In this document: one piece after another, positions 1 through 12,714 of the stretch
Numbering within the stretch: the stretch's first letter is position 1
Layout: every line of letters begins with the position of its first letter
Source of the DNA: Narcine bancroftii
Taxonomy: Eukaryota
Assembly (NCBI RefSeq): GCF_036971445.1
Contig: NC_091480.1
Span: forward strand, 84,320,001-84,384,000
Length of the DNA stretch: 64,000 nucleotides
Direction of reading: 5' to 3'
The notes under the pieces: model-generated
Told to the model about the DNA's origin: nothing
Seen by the model: the letters and a program-made list of their open reading frames with translations, nothing else
Databases searched by the model: none
Program-made: the position numbers and the translations under genes

Positions 1-170
1 GTGCAATGACAGCATCACGCGTGAGTATTTTACAGTATACTCTCTCGCATTAATGGTTTTTTCCAGTGGAATAAAGGTATTCAAAATTTAATTATAAAAA
101 ATGGTAGGTGCAATATTCTTTTTTGTCGGAATGCAACCTCAGCATAAGTTGAGGAGCACCTGCACTCGTG

Positions 171-280
171 CCTTGGAAAAGAGCTCACGCCTGAAATATG
201 GACGCTGCAAGACTGTTTGAGTTCCTCCAGCATCTCTGTATGTTTTACTGTAATCACTGCATCTGCAGACTTTTGTGTTC
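171..280 (+). mobile_element. Short Penelope-derived terminal repeat fragment
   Basis: gagctcacgcctgaaa...tgagttcctccagcat...ttttactgtaatcactgcatctgcagacttttgtgtt; the same motif string occurs at the 3' end of the Penelope element at 26630-29270 and many times elsewhere in the window. Confidence 0.55.
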
Positions 281-582
281 AGCCCTGAAATTGACAGCAG
301 AAGAGCAGGGATGCAATAGAGATGTCCTTGGAGTGGTGATACCTGCTCCCCAGGTATTTGCAGCTGTTTTTTTTTTAGCACTCGTAGTATAATTAAACTT
401 GGTGTGGCTTCCTCAAGGAATTACTTCAGGTTGCCTTTCAAGTTTGTCTTGTTTTCCTTTGCTTACAGAGTCAGTTAGGCTTTGTTTGAGCTGGTTCTAC
501 AGGTAAGTCATCTCTGTATCCATGGTCTGAGATAAGCTATTTTCTGATGTGTGTTCTGTAATTTGTGGTGTAATATTTAAGT

Positions 583-1020
583 AAAACACGAAAGTCTGCA
601 GATGTGACTGAAGTAAAAACAATGCTGGAGAAACTCAGCAGGTAAAACCACATACTTTATACAGCAAAGCTAAAGCTGCCAAACCAGCGTTTTGGGCTTG
701 AGTCCCTCATCAAGGTATGAATAAGTTAGCAGGCACATTAACAAAATGGTGACGGGGGGGGGGGGGGGGTGAACAGGCAGGGGGAGGAGCAAGGTTCCAT
801 AGGCAGGAGGTAACAAGTGGATGAGGGAGGGCACAGCAGCAAGTAGGGGGAGGAGGGATGGCTCTGTGAATTCTATACCCCACTCCCATGCTCGCATCTG
901 ACCCTTGGACCGAGTTCTATCCCACCAAGACCACCTGTAAATTGGAGGAACAAGACTTTATTTTCTGTCTGGGAAGTTTCCAACCAAATAGCATTAACAT
1001 CACCCTCTCTGGTTTCTCCC
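583..1020 (-). mobile_element. 5'-truncated Penelope-like element 3' end (GIY-YIG C-terminal remnant in inverted orientation plus terminal repeat)
   Basis: 583-720 is the reverse complement of the terminal repeat; ~940-1010 on + translates KLEEQDFIFCLGSFQPNSINI, matching NLEEQHLIFRLGTLQPDGVNI of the long Penelope copy. Confidence 0.6.
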
Positions 1021-1109
1021 TCTCTTCCCTTTCCCTTTGTCTTCTATCCTCCAGCTCTCCATTCACAGAGCCTTTCCCCTCCCCTCCCTTTGTAATATTT
1101 AAGGTTAAT

Positions 1110-1345
1110 TTAATTTTTAATTTAGACATACAGCATAGTACAGGCCATTTCGGCCCATGAGTCCGTGGCGCCCAATTTATACCCAATAAACTCAGTAGTT
1201 TTGAATGGTGGAATGAAACTTCAGCCCCCGGGGAAAACCCACAGACACAGGGAGAACGTACAAATTCCTTACAGATATTTGAACCCAGGTCCCAATCGCT
1301 GGCGCTGTAAAGATGTTGTGCTAACTGCTGCGCCAAGCATGCCGC
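1110..1345 (-). mobile_element. HE1/V-SINE-like SINE
   Basis: Reverse complement contains ttacagcgccagcga...gggttcaaat...aaggaatttgtacgttctccctgtgtctgtgggttttccccggg (V-SINE-type core); further copies in the window. Confidence 0.7.
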
Positions 1346-4300
1346 CCTGTAATGGTTGCTATGGAGTGTTGCTGGCACTGCTCCTTGTAGCTTGTATTGA
1401 TCTTTGCTGCTACTCTGGGTCTTGACGATCATAGGCTTATAGTTTGGATACGTCACTGAGGGAATGTTTTTTTTTTTGCTGATATAAACAATAGACCTCA
1501 ATCTGCCTGTTCAGCTTATTGTTAAAAGATTCCTGGTGTTCAAACCTCTATTTTCCACCAGTCAGCACTGGGAAAAGTGCACTAACCAGTCAATCATCTT
1601 ATTTGATGCTTGAAAGGACTTGACATCATTGGTTCACCACAATTCATCAGCGATTAATGATTTTTCTCATACAATGAAGGGCTCAGGCCCGAAACGTCCA
1701 TAATATATCTTTACCTCCTTTGGACCCTGAGGACTGGCAGTAAACACTGGAGGAACTCACTGTGATTTTACAACGATTAATGATTGCTTGGGGTGTGATT
1801 TTGGCGATTATGCAATGCAAATTTTCTTTTCCAAAGATTAATGTATCTCTCATTTTATGGTACTGTACCTCTTTTGGAAACTTGCTTTAGCTGCAGTACA
1901 CCTCAAGGTGGTAAAATTGGAAATCTATAACATTTTTATTCACCAAAGGATAAGTGGCAATTCTATAAAAAATTGTAGCCTTATCTCAATTCAGTTTAAC
2001 TGCAGTCGATGAGCAAATTTTACAAAGAGCCTTTTGGTAACATTTTCATTCACAAAAAAATGATGTTGTATTCCTTGGAAATATGAATTGTTGTGAAATC
2101 ATCGCTTCCCCAAATGTTGATTTAACAAAGCGAGAGAAAAACTAATTGACTCCTGAATAGACTTGGTTTCTTTGCTCAAATCTTAAAATAGCTATCATCA
2201 TCTAGGTTGTGAAAGTTATGGAATGTAATTGTAAACACACATAGATAAATGTATATTTTAACATTTATTATAAAAAATTATGCAATTGTATATGTGGCAT
2301 GAATTCTAATTGTGTCATATTCTAATTATCAAAGTGTAACAAATAAAATTCTGAAGATCCCAATATTTAGCAGTGGGTGTGTCCTGATTTTGATGCTCCC
2401 GTACCTCCTCCCTGGTGGTAGTGGGTCAAAAATTATGCATTATGGATGGAAAGGGTCTCGATAATTCTGTGACCCTTATTTTTTTCAATGCTGTCAGTGA
2501 ATGTCATCAATAGAGGGAAGGGAGACCCAAGTGATCTCGGCCATTTTAATTATCTGCATTGGCATCTGGTCCAATGCTTTGCAGCTACCGTCCCACACCA
2601 TGATTCGGGCAGACAGGACACTCTTCATTGTGTTCCTGTAAAAATATTGCCATAATGGCATTCTGGATTTCCTTTCATTATTTCTTTAGGGGGGGGGGAA
2701 ATTCTTTCACTTTGCCATGATCTCCAGTTGTTTTCACTCTTGTCTTTTTCACTCTCAAACAACTGATCTGTACATCCCCATGGCATGGGGCAGTGATCTG
2801 CCTGTGCACAATGCCATGTGGAAATACACTGATATTTAATTTTTTTTTTTGCTGGACAAAAAAAGTTATTTTTTCCCCCCAAGAAGTCCTCTGGGTTTTT
2901 TAATTGGTTAAAATTAAAAATAAAATCAAGGTGTAAATATGTAATTTACTTGAATATTTCAAATAAAATAAGAACAAGATCATTTGGTCAAATTATTTGC
3001 CTTTGCCACCCTCTTGTGATCTACAATCTCCTTGTGAATCAAACGATTTTAGAAAAGTAAAACAAAGTTATAGTCAGGTTAATTAACAACACATTCGATT
3101 CTCTTTGGAAACTGCTTCAAGGCCTTTCCACTGCCTAAAATTGCAAAATAGTCGTAGAAAATTAAATTATTATATAGTGTGCACATTTGCTATTATTTAT
3201 TAGAGGATGATTTATCATGAGATGACATGCTGCAACTCTTCATTCTCCTTGGTTGTCAGCCTGAAGAGACTTCAAGGACAATAATCTCTTTCACATCTGG
3301 ATGTAATAATTTTGTTTTAAACAAGTTTATTTGACCAGTTTTACACTGCCTTTAGGTCTTATTCTTAGTTCTGTTTTCTGTCTTGTTAATTTCAAGATTC
3401 TGTTAAATGTGTCCTCAAAAATATGCCAAGATTTTATTTTGCATGCCTTGTAAAGGCAGACAAGTTGACAACTGAATCAGATTTTTAGAGAATGTCTATT
3501 GAATTTAGTGTTTTTGCACAAGCCTTTGCTGGATTGAACACAATGTCCCCTGGGATTCATCCGTTCACATATTAGCTGGCTCTTTTTAAAAACAAGTGTT
3601 GTGCAATCACCCGTAAGAATTTCATTCCTGAGCAAGCAAGCGCTGCCATCTGATGACTGGTGCAGGTAATACTATAAATCATCCGCAATACTCAGTCAAC
3701 ATGAACACGGCTATAGGCACCTTCAGGTGGCCAAAATACCCTGATGTAAAGCTGCATATTCTACCCTAATGCAGCTGTCGGGATGCCACCTGAAAGTGGA
3801 GAACCTGGCCTGGAGGAGCACTTACCTCACCCTCCTCCTGGAGCTATAATCTCTGGCTCAGAGAATTCCCCCGTTGCACCTGAAAACGGCAGTGGGACTA
3901 CGGCCACAGTCCACAGGAGCTTGGATGTGGATCTCCTTCAGCTAGCGTGTTCAAGTGACAGAAAGGCGTCTTCTCTGCGGCCACCTGAATGTCCCAACTG
4001 CACTCCCCCAGCCGCGTCTGCTGGCACAATATCTGCCTCTGAGGACCTGAAAGTGACTTAAAAGACTTAGTAAAAATGCGGAGGAAACACCCCCCCCCAA
4101 CAATCAAACCTCTGTGTGTGGGGGTGGGGGGGGTTGGTGATGGAAGCAGCAGGTTTCAGGCCCAGGGCCATTTGTTGGAATTGAGGAAGAGAGCATCAAG
4201 ATTTTCTGGGTAGCAGAGAAGGTGGAGGTGATGGGGGAGAACAGGGAATTTCTCTGGAGGAGTGAAATGAAGCTGCTCCTGTCATATTTATTACCTGGTT

Positions 4301-4869
4301 AATGATACCCATAAAAGAAAAGGGCCAAGAAAAATTACAAGCAAAAATAGCAAATTCTCGTAACTAACAAAGTAAAAGCGCATTATTTAATGTTGCAATT
4401 CATGCTGCCACGTGCTCAAGATGGTGGGGAGTTGTTATCCTTTGAGCTTGTATTGGACATCGCAACAGTGCAGGAAGCCAAATTGGAGTGAGATAGTGAA
4501 TTAAATGGCAGGCAACCAGAACTGCCTTACCCCTGCAGGCTAAGCTTAACATGCAGGCAGCATGTTATTTCTCCAATTTGAATAAGATCGTGTATGAAGA
4601 ATGCCTTGACTGGATTTTTAAAAAATGTACAAGTCAATTGCTGCTTCGCCTGGAAAGAGGCAAGAAACTGCAGACGGGAATCCTGAGCAAGGAATGAGAA
4701 GCTGGAGAGACTTGGCGGGTCAGACAGTATCCAGAATAGTGACCATCAGTTTCTCTCCACCGATGCTGCCTGACTGACTGGCTTTCTCCAATCATTATCA
4801 TCACCCAGAAAACAGAACAGCCCAGTACAGGCCCTTCAGCCCACGATGTTGTGCCGACCTGTCTTGGCT

Positions 4870-5290
4870 TTTGATTTATTGTCAGAGTACATACATGATA
4901 TCACATACAACCACAAGATTACTTTTCCTGCGGGCCAGGTAGAATTACCACGTATTGGTAGTGCAAAAAAACGGACTCAATGTATACATGTAAACAAATA
5001 GAGTAAACAAACTGTGCAATGCAGAGAGAGAGTCCTTAAATGAGTCTCTGATTGAGTCTGATGGTGGGGGTGGGGTGCAGCTGTTCCTGAAACTGGTGGT
5101 GCAAGCCTTGTGGCACCTCGACCTCTCTCCTGATGGCAGCAGTGAGAACAGAGCGTGTGCTGGGTGGTGTGGATCCTTGATGATTGCTGCTGCTCTCCAA
5201 CAGCAGGATTCCCCGTAGATGTTCTCTCTGGTGGGGAGGGTTTTTCCTGTGATGTCCTGGGCTGTGAAAACTACCTTTTGCAGGGCGTAG
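4870..5290 (-). mobile_element. Rex1/Babar-like LINE 3' fragment
   Basis: Translation LQKVVFTAQDITGKTLPTRENIY...IIKDPHHPAHALFSLLPSGERSRCHKACTTSFRNS is typical of the Rex1/Babar ORF C-terminus. Confidence 0.65.
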
Positions 5291-6074
5291 GCATATCTAG
5301 GTTGTGGAAGCCAGGGCACCTTGCCCGCCCAATATCTTTGCTCGCTGTTTGATCTGCTGCACTGAGTTTCTCCAGCATTGCTTTTAATTAAATCATGGTG
5401 TCTGCAGACTTTGGAGGGAGTTTTACTCTGGGAGGGTGTTTTGGTTTTTCTTGCCTGTGTTGATTTGCTCAGCAGCCCGAGCCCACAGCGGTGGCTCAAT
5501 GACGGTCTTTGTTACCCATAATCCCCCATGCAGCTGGAACTGCTCTGCGTTTCCCTGGTACTGGTAGAGCGGTTCCAGCTGTGTGGGGGGATTATGGGTA
5601 ATGAAGATGGCCATTGTTCCCACATTCAGCCACCGTGGCGAGGTGCTGGAGCAGCCCTGAAGCGGCCCATTGAGGTGCAGGAGTGGTGTTCTGGTGAGCT
5701 CCCGCAGTTCTGCACCTCTGGGCCCGCTGCTGTGTGGATCCCGGAGTGATGGGGTGCCCACTCCTCAGCCTCCCAGCTTGCCTCGGACAGGCAGGGAAAG
5801 CGAAGTGGACGTCGTGGCGGCAGAGAGGAATGGTTGCGGGGTGAAGGGTTGAACAAGTTTTAATGGGGGGGGCACAATTTCAGTGCTTACCCTCGGCGTC
5901 ACCTTCCCTAGATGAGCCCCTGTTACAGGGGTGTTGGTGCCCCCCCCCGGTACCACACTTCCCACCGCACCTCTGTAGACATTTGCCAGGGTTTCTGGTG
6001 TCAGACCAAACCTCCCCAAGCTCCTGAGGAAGTCGAGGCGCTGACGCCTCCGATCCAACCCTGCCCTCGGCCCA

Positions 6075-6280
6075 CTGCCCACGGCTGGAAAACTCAAGTC
6101 AGAGCACACTGCGCCGGTGCCTGCCGGAAAGGGAAGTGACGTCTGCCCACGGCTGGAAAACTCAAGTCAGAGCACACTGCGCCGGTGCCTGCCGGAAAGG
6201 GAAGTGACGTCTGCCCACGGCTGGAAAACTCAAGACAGAGCACACTGCGCCGGTGCCTGTCGGAAAGGGAAGTGACGTCA
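6075..6280 (+). repeat. 3 x 68-bp tandem repeat in the RPL27 proximal promoter, each unit with an ETS/CRE composite (GGAAGTGACGT)
   Basis: Units start at 6075, 6143 and 6211; the third has 2 substitutions and ends in a full CRE palindrome TGACGTCA (6273-6280). Confidence 0.9.
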
Positions 6281-6317
6281 CTGGGACCGCGGTCAAAGGT
6301 CAGCGAGGCCGGCGGCG

Positions 6318-6359
6318 CTTCCTCTTCCGTGGGCGGCGGCCATTGAACAGTAACCGTGG
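6318..6359 (+). promoter_or_regulatory. RPL27: RPL27 non-coding exon 1 with TCT / 5'TOP initiator
   Basis: cttcctcttcc at 6318-6328 (TCT motif typical of ribosomal protein genes); candidate donor ccgtgg|gtacgc after 6359. Confidence 0.65.
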
Positions 6360-7113
6360 GTACGCCGCCCTTCGTAATCCATCCCCATCCTTCTCCCTGC
6401 TCCCCCCGCATCGTCCTCTCCGCTCCCGGACCAGAAGCGGGCCGGCCTCCTTCAAGCGCCCGGCTGTTTATTGGAAGCCTTGCCCTCCGGGGAGGGGGTT
6501 GGTGTTCGGACGGGCCTTACCAGTCCCGGAGGCAGCGGTACCTGCGGCCAGGCCCGTGCCGCCCATTCCCCCCCACCCCCCCCGGAGTCGGACGGCCCCT
6601 GGGTGGGGGGCTTCTCGCGGGCAGGAATTTCATGAGCGGGCCTCGGCTTCACCCCGCATCCACATGCGAGCTGAGCCCGGGTCCTGAACCGTGGGGTGTT
6701 GGAGACCAGCGGCCGTATGGGGTCCTGGCCAAGGGGTGGGGTGGGGTGGGGGGGGGGGGGGGGGGGGGGAAGAGGGATCACTTCCTGATGGGACCCCACC
6801 AATAAAAGTAGGGGTGATTGAGCAAAATCTGCTGGAGGATTTCACACCTGTGGCGTTTCAGCTTCTCTCAAAGGATTTTATAGGAGATGAAGTGTGGGGG
6901 TTGACAGCCTTAAACGGCTATTTGTCTAGTTTGGTAATTTAGATGTGTGGGATTGTTATTCTTTGAATCTCATCTGTGTTGGTCTAGGGTTTGTGCATTG
7001 AGTTGTTTGCAGGTTTACAATTCAGCCTTGGCACTGGAAGAGTTTACTGCTCCCTCCCCCCCCCCCCCCCCCAGTAGTTTTATTTATTTATTTTGATGTG
7101 TTAACTTTTTTAA

Positions 7114-7230
<117 letters not shown>

Positions 7231-7731
7231 TAATGTTTATTAAAACTTGGCCATCTTATTATGGTAATTTTGCAGCCAAGTACAAGACTTTTATAACATC
7301 ACTTTAACTCTTAGGACTCCAGCCATTTTTTAAAAGTTTCATCATATATACTCTGGTCTGGGTCCATGAGTAAACCTTTACAATATCAAAGTACAAAGTG
7401 TGGTTGGGTATAAAATCAGTTCTGGAGAACCAGGATATGGGGTTGTTGGTAGTCCCTGAAAACTGACATGGAGTATATGTGCTTGTTGACCGACCTGGAA
7501 AACCAGGATACAGTGTCCAAAGTTTTAAGGCATTGATAATCTATATAAAAGAGGTACTTAACTGAATATTTTGTTAAGTAATGCTGAATTCCCAATAAGG
7601 TGGTTTCATTCTTGTTACTGTTAAACTGGAGAATGTCTTTGCTCTGGCATTAATTCATCTTTTGTGTGGGTGCAGTTTTCAAAAGTATGATGATGGGGAG
7701 AATGGAAAATGGAATTTTGAACATGAGGGAT

Positions 7732-7961
7732 TGTGATAGAATCTGTACTATCACCCATGTGTATATGCACAGATGAACAGATGGTAATGTAGGATGACTG
7801 TGATTGGCTGAGAGTGTAGCCCCACCTACTGGCAGATCTGCTCCTCGCCCGACCAGGTCATTCTGGACTGGTCGACCAACCTGTGATATGGTCCAGTCTT
7901 TTAGTTAATAAAAGCCTTGGTTTGGATCAACAAGTCTTTGGTTCTTTTGACGTGCTCTACA
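7732..7961 (+). mobile_element. Solo LTR (Gypsy-like)
   Basis: TG...CA termini, internal aataaa, 5-bp flanks gggat/ggtat (4/5); related inverted copy at 35400-35591. Confidence 0.6.
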
Positions 7962-8499
7962 GGTATGTGATGATTGGCAGTAGCACAAACAAGGGCAAGA
8001 TGGACCAGAGATGAAGGCAATGGACTATGTCAGAGAGAGAGAGATTGGTATTGGGTTCAATCATTACCCATCAGTGATGCCTTATTGTGCTTTTTGAGAA
8101 CAGCTTAGACTGACTTCACGATGAGTGATTTATATTGATCATTGTCTTCTTCTGCCAGTTATGTTGGAGATTACCAGTAGAAATCTCAGATCCCTCTGTC
8201 CTTTCATACAGCTCCCCACCCCTTCCCTCTCCATTCAGGGAGCTAACCCCTTCCCCATAATTTCTCAGCCTTTTTTTTTCCCTCTTCTACCCTCCCACCC
8301 ACATGCACCTAGACCTTACTTGCTAGTCTCTACTGCCCCTTCCTCCCTCCTCTCCTCCCCCACGTTTTTCATTCAGGTGCCTATTAATTTTTGCTCATTC
8401 TTGACTAAAGGCTCAGGGCTGAAAAGTTAGTTACTCTTTGCTCCTATTGACGCTGCGTGACCTGCTGTGATTCTTCAGCACTTTTGAGTATTCCATTAA

Positions 8500-9220
8500 A
8501 ATGGATGTTGATGCAATCACAAAGAAGGGCTCAGTAGTGGAGAGGGTCAAGAATTTCAAATTCCTGGGTGTCAACATCTCTGATGATCTGTCCTGGAACC
8601 TCTATGTGTGTTTGTTTTTTTTTTTAAATTTTTTTTTTTCACACCATAAATCACATTAGCCATGATATACATTTTTTCTTTTGAACCTCTATGTTGATGC
8701 AGTCACAAAGAAGATTCACCAGTGGCTATACTTGGTGAGGTGTCAGAGGATGTTCAGTATGTCAGTGAAGCCTCTAGTAAATTTTTACAGGTGTACTGTG
8801 GAGAGGATTCTGGCTGGTTGCCTCGTATGGAGGCACCAATTCGCAGGACAGGAAAGAACTCCAGGGGATTGTTAACTCGGCCAGTGACATCACGGGCACC
8901 AGACTTTTATTCCATAGAGGACATCTTCATTGGGCAGTGTCTTTAAAAAAACAGCTTCTATCCTTAAGGAACCCCACCACGCAGGCCGTGCCCTCTTCAC
9001 TTTGCTGCCATAGGGAAAAGGATACAGGAGCCTAAAGATGAACACTCAGCGGCCCAAGGACAGCTTCTTCCCCGCTGCCATCAGATTCCTTACTTTTCGT
9101 GCACTATTATTTTAAAATTTTAAAAATATTTTACGATGGCTCATAGTATGAATGTTCGCACTGTGATTCTGCCACAAAGCACCGAATTTTGTGACTTGTT
9201 CATGACAATTGATTCTGATT
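8500..9220 (+). mobile_element. Rex1/Babar-like LINE 3' fragment with a small nested retro-insertion
   Basis: FKFLGVNIS...LVNFYRCTVERILAGC motifs; 8608-8682 T-rich insert flanked by a 12-bp direct duplication gaacctctatgt (8596-8607, 8683-8694). Confidence 0.65.
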
Positions 9221-9661
9221 GACCTGTTGATCTTTTATGAAGTTAAACATGAAAGCCTGCAGACACTGGTTGAAGTAAATACACAGTGCTGGAGAAACTT
9301 GTCAAGTCAAACAGTGTACTTTACTTAGCAAAGACAAAGGCACATAGCCCAATGTTTTGGGCTTGATCTTGATAGTCAGAAAAATTTGTAAAAACTGAAA
9401 TTGCAGGAAATCTAAAGTAAAAGCGAAATACTGAAAAATTTCAGCAGGTCGGATACATCTGAATGAAGAGAACAAGGTCAACATTTCAAGCTGGAGACCT
9501 TTCAAGCATTTCTGATTTGTAACATCTAGGAAAATCCTGTTTTCAGGGATTTACTGTACTCTGTTATTGGAATCAGTACATCAATCCTGTGAACCCAGAA
9601 ACAACTATTCTTAGTGGTAACTGTTGTCTTTGTGCTGAAGAACCACATGCTTCTCTTGTAG

Positions 9662-9832
<171 letters not shown>

Positions 9833-12251
9833 TGAGTTTTGAAACATATTTCATAACATCGTATGACTTGTTTTTCTGCTGCTCCATCCAGTGTTTGTTT
9901 CAAGTGTCTTTTGGGTTAGAAGATTACTCCTAGGCAGAAAGATTAAATTGAAATGGAAATGGGGGGGGGGGGGGGGGGTCATATTTCAAGGTAGCAGGCT
10001 GGCTTTATCTCTTAGCTGGAGCTTTTTTAGAATTGGATTAGTGTAATTAATGGCAGCTACGTTGAATAGCATGACAACAGCCCATCAGAATTTCTGTACG
10101 TCATTAACTATCATAGGATGGGGGTAAGGTATGAAGTTCTATTTTAATCTGAGACTGTATTCATCTTTTCACTGTCACCTGCAAAATTTGTTGGTTATCT
10201 GTCATTGTGAATTAGAGGTATAGGTGGGGAGAGAAAAGTTCCCTGCCGGAGACAGTGCACGTAGCCAAATGAAGAGGGACACAATGTTCTGATGGTTAAC
10301 ACTGTTTTTATTTTTGTCATCTCATCATTGCGCCTTCTCCCTAACTTGGTGTTCCATACCTGAACTCTCAAAACTATCTAAAATTCAGCAGTAGGTACTA
10401 AACTTGTCCACTTGTGTCATTCTGATCAAAGTGAAAAATGGTGGTGTTGAGAACTCGGACGCACATGATTTCTGGAAATGCCACATTGAATCCACTTGAG
10501 TTTAAATGGAGAAGGATAATTTAGTGGGAAAATGCTAATTCCACAAAGAGCTGCCTGCTTACTTTCATAGAAAGTTAAAATGCCAACTTGTAAATTTAAT
10601 TTCAAGTAAAAACGCAATTCTGGAGAAACTCGGCAGATCAAAAACTAAAGATGCTTAACCAACACTTCAGGCTTTCACCCTTCATCAAGGTATAATTTCA
10701 ACTTTGGTTGTTAAATGTTGGTGTGAACTCTGCAGGCTGTTCATTATGTGATTTGTAGAAGGAAATATGGTGGTGTTTAATATTTTAGGGCACTAAGTAT
10801 TAATTTGGATTCTTTTTCATTGGGAATACTGTAGATGTAAAGTGCTTTTCTTTTCCATTGATTGTAAACATGCTGTGAAGATGATGGAAATTATAAAAGC
10901 AACCATCTTAGAAGTAAAACATAAAAGTCTGCATACACTGTGGTTGAAGTAAAAAAGCAATGCTGGAGAAACTCAGCAGATCATAACCAACATTTTGGGG
11001 TTCTCATACCTTGATGAAGGGCTCACGCCTTTGGTTATGTATCTTTATCTTTGCTGAGTTTCTCCAGCATTGTAAATTTCGACAACCATCATTATGGACT
11101 ATGATTGCAGTAGACAGTCGATATCTATAATTCTGCAAACATTTACCTGAACACTGTGAATGAGTTTTCAATTAAAATGGCCTCAAGTAACTTTTTTTAA
11201 AAGGGTTATTGAAAATTAGGTTAGCTGATATATTTTACCAGGTGCTTTGAAGTTTGGTTCTTGATCTATTAATTGAGTCTTGCATAAACAAACCTCCTAA
11301 GCATGTGTGATTTCAGGAAATATTCTTGGGCAGAACTAACTGTGCCTGTATCCTTTGGATTTCACGATTTGCCTACTACATAGTTTTCATATAGTGAAGC
11401 TTGAAAACCTCCTTGATTTGTATGTTTCCTGGCTTTATTCTGGTTGAATTTGTGATCAGAAATTGGTCTGAAAATGGAACACCTCCCATATTTCAGCCAC
11501 TGAGCTATTAGTTTGAAATCACTGAATAGATCAGGGAGGTCCATATTGAAGTTGCCTCTGCAATTATATCTTTGGGATTGTATGAGGAAAGAAGCAGCTG
11601 GTATTTTTGCACGTTTCATATTTGGGAGTGAGAGGAATGAGGTTTGACTCCTGGATGAACGAAGTGCTAAGGAGCATGCAGACGCTACGAAATAGCAAGT
11701 TTCTGCCTTGTTTTGCCAAATCAGTCTCTGAACCTTTGGAAGTGTTTTGTTTATTCTGAAACCTTGTGATAGTTTCTATGTTTAACTTCAAAATTGGAGG
11801 TTCTCTGGATCCATTTACCTAAATCATTGTGTTTAAAATTATTTGCTAGCTGTAATTGGTACTGCTTATGGTCATGCTTATTGATCACGTTGATCAAGAG
11901 TTGTTGCCTTGATTCATTGGAATTGACCTAATGACAGTTACACCAAACCTCATGTTTTCCTCCTGCAATTTCCTTTTAGTGGGTATTTGCTTCCTCCTTG
12001 AAGTATGATTTCACAGCTGCCTCTCCACCTCTATTCTGCACCAAATTGACTTTTTTTTAAATTAAATTGGTGAACCAATGCTAACAAATAGGAAGAAAAA
12101 TAACTGAACTTGATTTGGCATCCAAATTCATGAACTACCAGCACTCTGCCACAGCTACCTGTCTTGGGTTATGTACACGATGAATGGATCCATTTAAGGT
12201 CCTGCTGAGCTTTGGAATTGTTGGTAATTATAAATTGTTGTTTATCCTCAG

Positions 12252-12362
12252 GTACTCAGTTGACATTCCCCTGGATAAGACCATTGTGAACAAGGATGTT
12301 TTTAGAGATCCTGCTTTGAAACGTAAAGCCAGACGAGAAGCCAAAATAAAGTTCGAAGAAAG
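12252..12362 (+). CDS. RPL27: 60S ribosomal protein L27, coding exon 3 of 4
   Basis: ctcag|[36 protein letters not shown](R)|gtatga, 111 nt. Confidence 0.98.
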
Positions 12363-12714
12363 GTATGAAAACTAGTGTGGGGTCAAGACAAAAGTCCCAA
12401 AATATATGACCTATTTAAAGTTGTGTTCATTTAGCCAACCACCAGTGTCTAATTTGAGGCTGGAAGTGGGTTTTTTTTTAAAAGATTTTAAAAGATTGTT
12501 CAATTCCACAAATATCGCTGTTGAATGAATATTTTAATTGACTTCTTGCAAATAATGATTTGTTAAAAACTGAGTTGTGCATATTTTAACTGTGATCTAC
12601 AAGAGGAATTATAATTAGAATAAAAACTTAGTGATAATTAAGTAACACAGCTTTATTATGGTGCAGGTGCGATTTAAAAATTTTTTTTAGGTGATTCTCC
12701 CCCCCCTACTAGAG

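Larger units (their letters stand above)
6040..6740. promoter_or_regulatory. RPL27: CpG island / RPL27 promoter and first intron
   Basis: GC- and CpG-rich stretch against an AT-rich background, containing ETS and CRE motifs and a polypyrimidine start, upstream of the first RPL27 coding exon. Confidence 0.8.

Noticed and set aside
3330-4061. Possible coding exons upstream of RPL27 (e.g. the RUNDC1 3' end expected from human synteny)
   Set aside because: No recognisable RUNDC1 peptide, and the frames are interrupted by stops.
6253-6942. Overlapping 70-150-aa ORFs in the RPL27 CpG island
   Set aside because: GC-rich, low-complexity sequence with few stop codons; no recognisable protein.
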